Source: Desulfurococcaceae archaeon (GTDB lineage: Archaea; Thermoproteota; Thermoprotei_A; Sulfolobales; Desulfurococcaceae). Taken from it: a stretch of 54,762 nt of DNA. Of the stretch, positions 18,119-26,597 are shown piece by piece. The position numbers and the translations under genes are program-made. The DNA lies in NCBI GenBank assembly GCA_038824035.1, contig JAWBBW010000008.1, positions 1 through 54,762 on the forward strand, written 5' to 3'. Under the pieces are notes generated by a model. It was not told the origin of the DNA. It did not search any database and worked only from the letters and a program-made list of their open reading frames with translations. Position 1 is the stretch's first letter. Each line of letters opens with the position of its first letter.

Positions 18119-18703
18119 CTAGGGCACTTCATTCCACTGTGCGAACATTAGCACGACTTCGCCAGTATAACTGGATAGCTCTTCGGCTTCCTGGGGTATC
18201 GTTATTTTTAATATATATGTTGAATTCTCTCCTGGGTGGATCTGCGTGTTTTCTGGTATCTCCAACTCGGCCATTATTGGCTCATCGAACTCGACACTAG
18301 AGCTATACAGCTTAACAGGTATTGTGCCAACATTGTCTATTACTAGATAGACCTCTACAGCGTAGCCTGGATATGCGTTTAACAAATTAACAGCTAGCTT
18401 TATAACGTCTCCCTCGTCATCCATTGTTTCCACTTCAATGACACATGAAGCCACATCTTTTCCTTCCTCGTTGTGGAACCCTTCAGCCTGTGGGTCCGGG
18501 CCGGTATCGCTACAATACCAATCCGAGAACTTGACATCGACTTCTCCTGTCTCCACGGTTACATTTAATAGAAGTGTTTCACTCCACATTGCCAATGCCA
18601 TTCCAATTATTGCCAGCGCTAAGATAGGTATAGCTAGGGTTTTTTTACTGATATCACTTTTCACACCTACTAACATAGATGTTAGAAATATTAATGAATC
18701 CAT
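18119..18703 (-). CDS. TasA/AbpA-like secreted fibre subunit 1 (start uncertain; see finding on the A7 tract)
   Basis: KKTLAIPILALAIIGMALA-MWSETLLLNVTVETGEVD; GKDVASC, NAYPGY, NVGTIPV, QIHPG and FAQWNE. Confidence 0.75.
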   Translation of the reverse strand: MDSLIFLTSMLVGVKSDISKKTLAIPILALAIIGMALAMWSETLLLNVTVETGEVDVKFSDWYCSDTGPDPQAEGFHNEEGKDVASCVIEVETMDDEGDVIKLAVNLLNAYPGYAVEVYLVIDNVGTIPVKLYSSSVEFDEPIMAELEIPENTQIHPGENSTYILKITIPQEAEELSSYTGEVVLMFAQWNEVP

Positions 18704-18723
18704 GCATACATGTGTATCAGTTA

Positions 18724-18731
18724 TTTATAAA
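18724..18731 (-). promoter_or_regulatory. Putative TATA box of the fibre operon
   Basis: TTTATAAA in the AT-rich region upstream of subunit 1. Confidence 0.5.
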
Positions 18732-18859
18732 TACTCATTACAAATATTTGGATATATCGCCTTTAATTTATGGTTATTCCCATAGTCATTTTCCATGTCA
18801 ATCAATTTGTTTAAAAACATAACTCATTTCTTAGATAAACTGGTTTTTATAACTTAATC

Positions 18860-19204
18860 TCAACAAGGCTTTTGGAAAAAGTGTTTCAACAATTCCTCGA
18901 GAGTTCTCTTAAACTCAATGGGGTCTTCGAGGAATAACTTAGCCAGTAATCCGGCATCGTGACCTCTCCCCATATCGCTTAATACTGGTTTTAAAATCAA
19001 TTTCTCGACAATGAACTCAACTACTCCTGGCTCATTATATCTAAGCAACAGGGTGGCGAACTTACCTGGCTCATCCAGTAATAAGTCTATGCACTCCTTG
19101 TTAAAGGAAACCAGGCAAACACCGTTCAACATATTTATGAAACCAGGTGCCACATCCTCCAAGTGGTTGACAATGGCTCTCTTAGCCCTGTTTCTCCAGC
19201 TCAG
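18860..19204 (-). CDS. Small hypothetical helical protein (TTG 19162, or SD-positioned CTG 19204)
   Basis: The frame is open upstream to CTG AGC TGG AGA..., with GGTG 7 nt before the CTG. Repeated LL.EP.KF / LF.EDP.EF motif. Confidence 0.6.
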   Translation of the reverse strand: MSWRNRAKRAIVNHLEDVAPGFINMLNGVCLVSFNKECIDLLLDEPGKFATLLLRYNEPGVVEFIVEKLILKPVLSDMGRGHDAGLLAKLFLEDPIEFKRTLEELLKHFFQKPC

Positions 19205-19320
19205 TGTTCAACACCTTTCTTTGTAAAAACGCAGGACATATGCCAGATATGGCTAAGCATAGATTTAAACAAGAAGCAGCACCTGTAGTCCTTTGACGTG
19301 AATGTGTGATTGGGGAGGGA

Positions 19321-21438
19321 TTATATTTTCAATACATCATTTCTCTCCACGCGTTGTTCAATGAACACTCCTCGGCTATAATACAATAGCGTTCCATCAA
19401 CCATCGTCTCCACTATTAACTCTCCCTTACCAGTGTACGAGACATCTATGGGATATGGTGGTAACAAGTACTCGATTATGCCTACGGCTGATCTGCCGTT
19501 AAAAACAGGCGCCAACAATACTATTTCGGCATCGAGTTCCCCGAGTTCCACGGGTATTTCGAAAGGTGTTCTCACAACTCCCTTTTCACGTGTAAATACC
19601 TTGTAGTACACGTATTCACCCATTGGTATCTGATATGGCAAAATATCGGGGGTCACCCGATCCCTTATCATAACACCGCTCTTGTTCACATTGAACAACG
19701 CTACTACATATGCGTGCCTAGACTTAGAGGCTGCTTTCAACAAGACCTCTTCATTATATGGATCCCTGAACAACACATCCCTCGTGGGCAAAGCCGGTTC
19801 ATCAACTCTCACAACCTCGCCGTTTGGCAGGATCATTTTGCTCAATAACTCGGTGTTGGTTTTCTCGGGATGCCTGTCCGTTATATATATTGGGCCGCCA
19901 CTGATGATCCTCGCAACGGCGTGTACCCTGGCATATGGATCATAGGTTATCCACATGTCATAATCAGGGTATACTATTTTATTCAGAAACAAGGAGTTAT
20001 ACATACATGTCAATGTATGTAGCTTTGCATCCGCTTTCCAGAACGGTATATAGTCCTCCGAAACCCTCATGCAATTGCTAATGAAGTAGTTACTATAGTT
20101 CTCGGGTGTCATCGACATACAGTTTAATATCTCTAATCCATTGATAGACGCCCCTACCTGGAGAGCTAGTTGTATGTTTCTCGAGGCTTTGCCAACGCTC
20201 ATGGTATCCCAGTACAACGAGTTTATAACCCATTGGTTATCGACCTTGACGAAGTCGAATCCCTGTTCTCTAATCCATTTGTAAAACCTCGAATAGAACT
20301 CCACCGCCTGCTCTAGCCATGGCGGGGGGACATAGCTGTCGAAGAACTTGTTGTAATAGCCCTCAACCCCTATTTTATCTTTCACAGCCTCTGTGAAACC
20401 ACTCCAATGTATATTGATGGTATGCCATAGCCCGACTTTCTCTATGCCAATGCGTTTTAGCTCGGAGACGATTTGTTTAAATCCACTTGGAAACTTAGCG
20501 GGGTCGGGTTCCAGGTCGTTGAGTAACCTAGCATACCACGGCCCCTCTTTCCTAACTTCGTTTTGCCATCCATCATCTATTATAACCCATTTCAACTTAA
20601 CACCCTTTTCTAATAATCCCTTCACAATCCTCAATACATTTCCCTCGGATAGATCGTGTGTCAATAACGCGTTCCACGAACACCAGCCAACCCCCTCCAT
20701 GAACATTGGTCTCTTTTTGAAAACCCTCGGCTTGGCCTGAACCTCGTTGAATGCCTGGTTAACGGCTTTTTCAACCGTTTCATAGGGATCGTTGTCGATC
20801 CCTATTGATAACACCCAGCTAGTCTCTACCCTGTTCACGCTTTTCCCTAGGAATAACCTGAGCTTAACTCCAGGGCCCAGGAAACCCGTTAAATCACCAT
20901 TATTTAATGCCAGGAGAGCTGTATAGATATCCCCGGTTTTACCAAGCACAAACACTGTGTAACCAGGTATCTTGTTCTTATCGCTAGTTATGAATGGATA
21001 TGTCCAACAAGGAACACTTCTTACGTAATCCTCCGGAGACAGGTCTACGGCCTCAAGGGGATATGTAGGGGTATCTGTGGGTTTCTCGGTTTTCGGCTCC
21101 ATGTCGGCTGCTAAACTGGTGTAATACCATGCACCTCTATAAGCGGCTCTAAAGGATGGGTGATTGGTTATCACCAGTAACCTGTTTTCAAACGGGATAT
21201 CCAGCTCAATCTCAGCGAAGAACCTGTTACTGAACTCTATGTTTGACTCAGCGTTTATACCTAGTACATTGTTTCTACACAACAATGTGATCTTGGAGTG
21301 GCCACACATGTATTTGTATTCACCAATAGCTTCACTGCTTGAACTTGTCATTGGAGAACATGTCTCCCTGGAGTTATCACTATATATAACCTCGATCCCT
21401 TTAACCAATCCCGGGATCATTTCACACTGTTTTAGCAT
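19321..21438 (-). CDS. GH36 alpha-galactosidase, Sip1/raffinose-synthase-like
   Basis: GWCSWNA, IIDDGWQ, KFPSG, DFVKVDNQ, RVSEDY, PDYDM and SGGPIYITD. Confidence 0.9.
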   Translation of the reverse strand: MLKQCEMIPGLVKGIEVIYSDNSRETCSPMTSSSSEAIGEYKYMCGHSKITLLCRNNVLGINAESNIEFSNRFFAEIELDIPFENRLLVITNHPSFRAAYRGAWYYTSLAADMEPKTEKPTDTPTYPLEAVDLSPEDYVRSVPCWTYPFITSDKNKIPGYTVFVLGKTGDIYTALLALNNGDLTGFLGPGVKLRLFLGKSVNRVETSWVLSIGIDNDPYETVEKAVNQAFNEVQAKPRVFKKRPMFMEGVGWCSWNALLTHDLSEGNVLRIVKGLLEKGVKLKWVIIDDGWQNEVRKEGPWYARLLNDLEPDPAKFPSGFKQIVSELKRIGIEKVGLWHTINIHWSGFTEAVKDKIGVEGYYNKFFDSYVPPPWLEQAVEFYSRFYKWIREQGFDFVKVDNQWVINSLYWDTMSVGKASRNIQLALQVGASINGLEILNCMSMTPENYSNYFISNCMRVSEDYIPFWKADAKLHTLTCMYNSLFLNKIVYPDYDMWITYDPYARVHAVARIISGGPIYITDRHPEKTNTELLSKMILPNGEVVRVDEPALPTRDVLFRDPYNEEVLLKAASKSRHAYVVALFNVNKSGVMIRDRVTPDILPYQIPMGEYVYYKVFTREKGVVRTPFEIPVELGELDAEIVLLAPVFNGRSAVGIIEYLLPPYPIDVSYTGKGELIVETMVDGTLLYYSRGVFIEQRVERNDVLKI

Positions 21439-21500
21439 AGGGCCACCGCTTTATTTAAAACACTAGAGTTTAAAACCATTGAGATCTATTGCTTAAGGGC

Positions 21501-22415
21501 TCACTCGATTATCTTGTAGAGCATCTCCTTAGCAGCCTTGATCTTGTCTGGACCCTTTTTGATCAATCTTAGTACCAATGAGGAGAACTCCTCATCATCT
21601 GTTAATAACCTGAGTGCATCGGTTATAACGGCTTCGTCTAGGTATATCATTTTGATTGTCATCCCGCCATCAATAACGAAATTCACGCCAGTTATCCACT
21701 CGGCCTCATCCGATACCAGGAAAGCAACAATAGATGCTATGTCCTCGGGTCTACCCACTCTACGGGCTGGGTGCTGTAGGTGGTCTAGCCGAGTTAGGTT
21801 AAGCTTTAATGGGGGTATTTGGTATTCACTTGTGTCTATCCAGCCAGGTGAAACAGCCACTACTCTTATACCATACTGGGCCAGGCTAATTGCGAGAGCA
21901 TGTGTTAATGCAATCAACCCTCCCTTAGAGGCTGAGTAAGGCTCTGTGTTGGGTTCTGATTGAAAGGCCCTTGTACTCGCTATGTTGACTATCACGCCCT
22001 TTTTCTTCTCAGCCATCACTCTAGCAGCGTGTTTCGAAAACAAGTAGGGCCCTGTTAAGTTCACATCTATGATCCTTCTCCACTCCTCTAGGCTTTGTTC
22101 AAATATGGATTTACCCGAAAACCCTATACCAGCATTATTCACCAGTATGTCCAATTCACCGTATCGTCTATGAACAAGATCAATACATCTGATTACATCG
22201 TCTTCATTGGCTACATCCCCGTGTATGAATGTGATGTCTATACCCCTGGATCTCAACATCTCCTCTCTCTTCAAACCACTCTCTTTATCTATGTCGAAGA
22301 TAATTACATGGGCTCCCTCGATCCCAAGTCTTTCAGCTATTGCGGCCCCAATGCCACGAGCGCCTCCTGTTACGATTGCAACTCTGCCTTCAAGTCTCCT
22401 ATACATCAATAACAC
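21501..22415 (-). CDS. Short-chain dehydrogenase/reductase
   Basis: TGGARGIG, NNAG, YSASK and SPGWIDT. Confidence 0.92.
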   Translation of the reverse strand: MLLMYRRLEGRVAIVTGGARGIGAAIAERLGIEGAHVIIFDIDKESGLKREEMLRSRGIDITFIHGDVANEDDVIRCIDLVHRRYGELDILVNNAGIGFSGKSIFEQSLEEWRRIIDVNLTGPYLFSKHAARVMAEKKKGVIVNIASTRAFQSEPNTEPYSASKGGLIALTHALAISLAQYGIRVVAVSPGWIDTSEYQIPPLKLNLTRLDHLQHPARRVGRPEDIASIVAFLVSDEAEWITGVNFVIDGGMTIKMIYLDEAVITDALRLLTDDEEFSSLVLRLIKKGPDKIKAAKEMLYKIIE

Positions 22416-22432
22416 CTGATGCCTTGTTTATT

Positions 22433-23695
22433 TTATTTAAACCCCTCTTCAATGGCTTCAACCACCATTGATAAAGAGACATCGCGACCCATATCTCTCA
22501 GGGCTCTTGCCAACGATATATATGCTACGAGTAAATGCGATCTTGAGGCCTGGACGCCCATGTGTCCTATTCTCAGGACCCTGTCACTCAGTTTCCCCCA
22601 GCTACCGGCGATCATGACACCGTATTTCCTCCATATTAGTTGTCTAAACTCCTTGTTATCGATTCCAACAGGGGTTTCAAACGCCGTCACAGTTGGCGAG
22701 GAGTGATCAATGGAGCTTGGATAGGGCTTGAGCCCCAGGGCTTCTAGTGCACGCCACGAGGCGTTTCTAGCCATTTCATGTCTCCTATACACGTTTTCAA
22801 CCCCCTCTTCGTGTATCATCTTGAGCGATTCACATAAGGCATATACGAGGACATCGCTCATTGTGTAGGGGAAAATCCCTTGATCATCAAGCATGTCTCT
22901 CCACAATTTCAGATCCAGGTAGAAACCCCTATATTTAACTCTGTCAACTCTATCCCATGCCTTGTCACTGATAGCCATGATGGTTAGGCCGGGCGGTGTG
23001 TTCAATACTTTTTGAGAACCACCTATGAGTATGTCTATGCCCGTTTTATCGAAATCTATTGGAACACCGCCAATGCTGGAGACGGCGTCGACTATTAGTA
23101 ATGATCCATGCTCTTCAACCACCTTGGCTATGTCATCGAGATTGTTCAATATCGCAGATGGAGTATCGCAATGGACAAGAGTCACTAATTCTATGTCCCT
23201 ATGTCTCTCCAGTTCTCTATCAATAACAGCTGGATCAGCGCTTCTTCTCCAACAATCATCGCATGCCTCGACGAGTAATGGGACACCGCCATACGCCTTA
23301 ACGAGATCTGCAAAGCCTTCTCCGAAAACACCATTGGCCACTACCAATACCTTTGTGCCGTTCATAACAGTGTTGGCAATCGCCGCTTCAAGGCCTAGCA
23401 TCGCCTCGCCAGTCATTATGAAGAGAGAGCCCTTGTACACACCTAGAAGTCTCCGCAACATGCTCCGTGTCTCGTTATATATTTCGAGAAATTCGGGATC
23501 CAGATCTGGGTTCGTGGTCTCCCTCATCAACGCGGATCTAACTCTATATGGGATCTCGGTGGGACCAGGCGTCATTATGAACCTGTCTGTGTAGAATTTA
23601 TGCACTAAGACCCCCATATCTATAAACATGTGCCTCGTTATATAATAATGGTTGACATTAGACCAGGTGGTTTTATACGTACTAATGATTAACAC
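22433..23695 (-). CDS. Class V PLP aminotransferase (serine-pyruvate/alanine-glyoxylate type); true start probably about 25-30 codons downstream
   Basis: MTPGPT, NGVFG, VHCDT, VDAVSS, GSQK (PLP Lys) and RIGHMG. Confidence 0.9.
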   Translation of the reverse strand: MLIISTYKTTWSNVNHYYITRHMFIDMGVLVHKFYTDRFIMTPGPTEIPYRVRSALMRETTNPDLDPEFLEIYNETRSMLRRLLGVYKGSLFIMTGEAMLGLEAAIANTVMNGTKVLVVANGVFGEGFADLVKAYGGVPLLVEACDDCWRRSADPAVIDRELERHRDIELVTLVHCDTPSAILNNLDDIAKVVEEHGSLLIVDAVSSIGGVPIDFDKTGIDILIGGSQKVLNTPPGLTIMAISDKAWDRVDRVKYRGFYLDLKLWRDMLDDQGIFPYTMSDVLVYALCESLKMIHEEGVENVYRRHEMARNASWRALEALGLKPYPSSIDHSSPTVTAFETPVGIDNKEFRQLIWRKYGVMIAGSWGKLSDRVLRIGHMGVQASRSHLLVAYISLARALRDMGRDVSLSMVVEAIEEGFK

Positions 23696-25233
23696 AGCGT
23701 TTTTCTAAGCGCTTCGATCACTCGTTGTTTAAACACGTTTTGATCAACAATACTATTCATCAACTCGTTTAGCTCGGCCACCACTTCTTCGAGGAGGAAA
23801 TAAGTCCTCAGCCAGTTCTGCAAATCCCCTCTCTTAATGTGGTAGATCATGGATTCCGCTGGGAGCTCTTCGATCGCTTTTAACAATTCACCGAGACTGC
23901 GTGCATATTTACCTGTGTAAACCCCTGGGGCTATGTAAAAGTGAAATGCCTTGTTTTTCGGCAAGACGATCTTATTTACGTAGTACCTTGGTTTACTAGA
24001 TATCTCGTCTATGACATTGTTCATCAATGTTAACAGGGCTTCCATGTATATTTCGAAGGCCCTGAACGGCGATTTATAGGGGGAGAAATATGTGTGAACC
24101 TCGCCAGTGCTCCCGGTTTTCATCGCCATGTAGTAGAAATGGTCACTGGTACCCAGAAGTCTCCAAAACCTTAGATATGGATCGCCCGTGGCCTTTACAT
24201 AGGGCTCTAGTTCCATGTATAGCTTAAATGCTCTTTGCTGCATCTCGTTACCAAGCCATGCGGAGAGATCTCGCTCATCCGCCCAGCTTATAGTGCTCCA
24301 TGGTGGTACATCGTATATGTCTATTGGCCTATGGGAATCTATAACCCTGCTTGGAGATTCCAATGCCATTCCCCGCTTAGTTATCTCTATGGGCAGATAT
24401 CTGAGGAACTCCAATATACCTGTTTCCGGTGGGTGATGTTCCCCGAATGTTTCATAATCCATGGCTATGACTATTACTTCACCCGGTGTTGCCCTCAACC
24501 ACTCAGCATATTTATCGGCTGTTAATGGGTATTGATCCCAGGTTCTCATCGAGAACCTGAAGCCCACGTCATCGCTTAGTCTATAATTCCTCAACAATAC
24601 TTTTATAGATCTATCGAGTGATGTGTAAAGGTAATTCGGCGAACGGCCATGTAAAACCCAGTCGACGCCTTCTGTTATAACCGCTCTATATCCTAGATCA
24701 CCGAAGATCTTGGCTATATCGTTGTTATAGATCATCTCGGTGTTTTCGGCTACAATAGGTTTTGATCCAAATACCTCATTCATAAGTGCTCTGTGTGCTT
24801 CGACTTGTTTCTCGAATTCCTCTGTGTCTGGCAATAGGGATGAGAGGCTGTGGTAATATGTCTGCCCGATTAACTCGAAGAAATCTTTCTCAACCCCTTT
24901 TCTCAGCAATTCTATTAAATCATGGGCGTTTTCAAGCAATTGTTCTAATAAAATCCCACTAATGCTGAAAGAGAACTTCGCATTGTGCTCTGCCTCGGCT
25001 AGTCTTTCACATGTCTCCAACAAGATCTTGGTTGCTACTCTGTAACATCTATTCGCTACTCGTTCAAATATGTGTTTGTTTAAACCATGGTCAATCAAGA
25101 CTTTTTCCAACACATCATTGCTCAGTTTTCCCTTGAGGGCTAGTCTAAGTAACTCTACATAGGTCTCCGCTTTCAACCTATATGGCTGATGAACCTCGAA
25201 GATGAATACTATGTCTTTGCTGAGTCCTATGAT
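23689..25233 (-). CDS. GH57 alpha-amylase-like protein with C-terminal DUF5752-like domain; non-canonical start (ATC 25233 or ATA 25230)
   Basis: NTE (nucleophile), DYETFGEH, SWAD and SDHFYYM. The GH57 N-terminal motif FEVHQPYR lies in frame upstream of the ORF-track start at 25176. Confidence 0.9.
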   Translation of the reverse strand: MIGLSKDIVFIFEVHQPYRLKAETYVELLRLALKGKLSNDVLEKVLIDHGLNKHIFERVANRCYRVATKILLETCERLAEAEHNAKFSFSISGILLEQLLENAHDLIELLRKGVEKDFFELIGQTYYHSLSSLLPDTEEFEKQVEAHRALMNEVFGSKPIVAENTEMIYNNDIAKIFGDLGYRAVITEGVDWVLHGRSPNYLYTSLDRSIKVLLRNYRLSDDVGFRFSMRTWDQYPLTADKYAEWLRATPGEVIVIAMDYETFGEHHPPETGILEFLRYLPIEITKRGMALESPSRVIDSHRPIDIYDVPPWSTISWADERDLSAWLGNEMQQRAFKLYMELEPYVKATGDPYLRFWRLLGTSDHFYYMAMKTGSTGEVHTYFSPYKSPFRAFEIYMEALLTLMNNVIDEISSKPRYYVNKIVLPKNKAFHFYIAPGVYTGKYARSLGELLKAIEELPAESMIYHIKRGDLQNWLRTYFLLEEVVAELNELMNSIVDQNVFKQRVIEALRKTLC

Positions 25234-26510
25234 AGTGTAACACCCATTAGGGCTGTGTTCGGCGGTATGAATCTACCGGGCCATATGCGTGAACTCTTGA
25301 TCCGAGCTCCTCTACCTATGAATGTGTTATTGCCTATAATGCTGTTCTCCACCACTACATCGTCATCTATTATCACATGTCTACCTATGATGCTGTTATA
25401 TATCTTGACGTTTTTACCGATATAACATCTATCCATGACTATTGATCTCTCTATGTCGTTGAAATCAGAGATCACCGTGTAATTGTCTATAACTGAATCG
25501 GAGATCTCGACTTTTCTCCCAATGCTACAATGTCTACCTATTAATACATCGCCATTTATGACCACTTCACCTGTCTTAACCCTCTCAACCATTGTTCTCT
25601 GTAATTCTCTTGAATGCTCTCTCCTACCCATCATTTTTAAACCATTGTACACGAAATCTATTGAGAGCCTTTCGGATGATAGGTTTTTAAGAAAGTAGAA
25701 AACAGCCTCAACATATGATTCGGGAGTGCCGATGTCAAACCATGCCGTCCTGGTGATGAACCCGCATACCCTGTATCCATGATCTATCATCGCCGGTATC
25801 ACATCTCTCCCGAAATCTACATATCCGTTCTCGTATAATCTTTTACCGTATTCCGTTCCAAAGAACTCTATGAGAATCTGCGGCTTGATCACATAGATCC
25901 CGGTGTTCACCAGGTTTGATGGTGCTTCTTCTAGTTTACTGGGCTTCTCGATAAATCTCTTTATCAAGTGGTTCTCCCCTAGTTCAGCTACACCAAATTT
26001 TCTAAGTTCCTCTGGTCTCTCGATCTCCTTTAAAACTATGATCATGTCACATGAATATTGCTTTAAGAACTCGTTTAATCCATTGATATCTATATCCTCG
26101 AAAACCGTGTCACACTGTGTTATTAAGACGGGGTTTTGTAACTTGTAATATTTCAACGTCACTAACACTGCCTCAGCGTTTCCTCGTGACACCATGTTAG
26201 GCATGTACCTGATCCTGAGCTCGTCTTTACCCAGGTTAAATCTATGCGCCAATTCCTCGCCTGTCCCGAAATGATCATAAACCTGGATATAGTTCACGTA
26301 ACCACTTACCCCTAGATATATCTCCCTTATACCTCTTAAGACAAGGGTTTCGAGAATAAACTCCAATAAAGGCCGATTGAGAAACCTGATCATGGATTTA
26401 GAAGTGTCAACTGTCAACGGAAAAAGCCGGGCGCCTACGCCGCCTATTGGGATCACCGCCGTGGTTATACCTGACAATTGCCACACCATTATTATTGTCT
26501 CTACAAACAA
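25227..26510 (-). CDS. Sugar-1-phosphate nucleotidyltransferase (GlgC/NDP-sugar synthase-like) with C-terminal left-handed beta helix
   Basis: PIGGVGARLFPLT, FIEKP, NTGIY, DFGRD, WFDIGT and hexapeptide repeats; glycogen-cluster context. Confidence 0.88.
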   Translation of the reverse strand: MFVETIIMVWQLSGITTAVIPIGGVGARLFPLTVDTSKSMIRFLNRPLLEFILETLVLRGIREIYLGVSGYVNYIQVYDHFGTGEELAHRFNLGKDELRIRYMPNMVSRGNAEAVLVTLKYYKLQNPVLITQCDTVFEDIDINGLNEFLKQYSCDMIIVLKEIERPEELRKFGVAELGENHLIKRFIEKPSKLEEAPSNLVNTGIYVIKPQILIEFFGTEYGKRLYENGYVDFGRDVIPAMIDHGYRVCGFITRTAWFDIGTPESYVEAVFYFLKNLSSERLSIDFVYNGLKMMGRREHSRELQRTMVERVKTGEVVINGDVLIGRHCSIGRKVEISDSVIDNYTVISDFNDIERSIVMDRCYIGKNVKIYNSIIGRHVIIDDDVVVENSIIGNNTFIGRGARIKSSRIWPGRFIPPNTALMGVTLS

Positions 26511-26597
26511 TTATATCTTTTATCTTTTCAAACAAGTTTTTAATAGTCTAAATGATTATCGACCCGGCTTGAATTAGTTTATGAGAGGTGAGCGGCC

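Noticed and set aside
15942-18703. Type IV pilins/archaellins, or sortase/archaeosortase substrates
   Set aside because: No class III signal peptide, PibD, ATPase or TadC, and no LPxTG/PGF tail. The linked peptidase is S26B.
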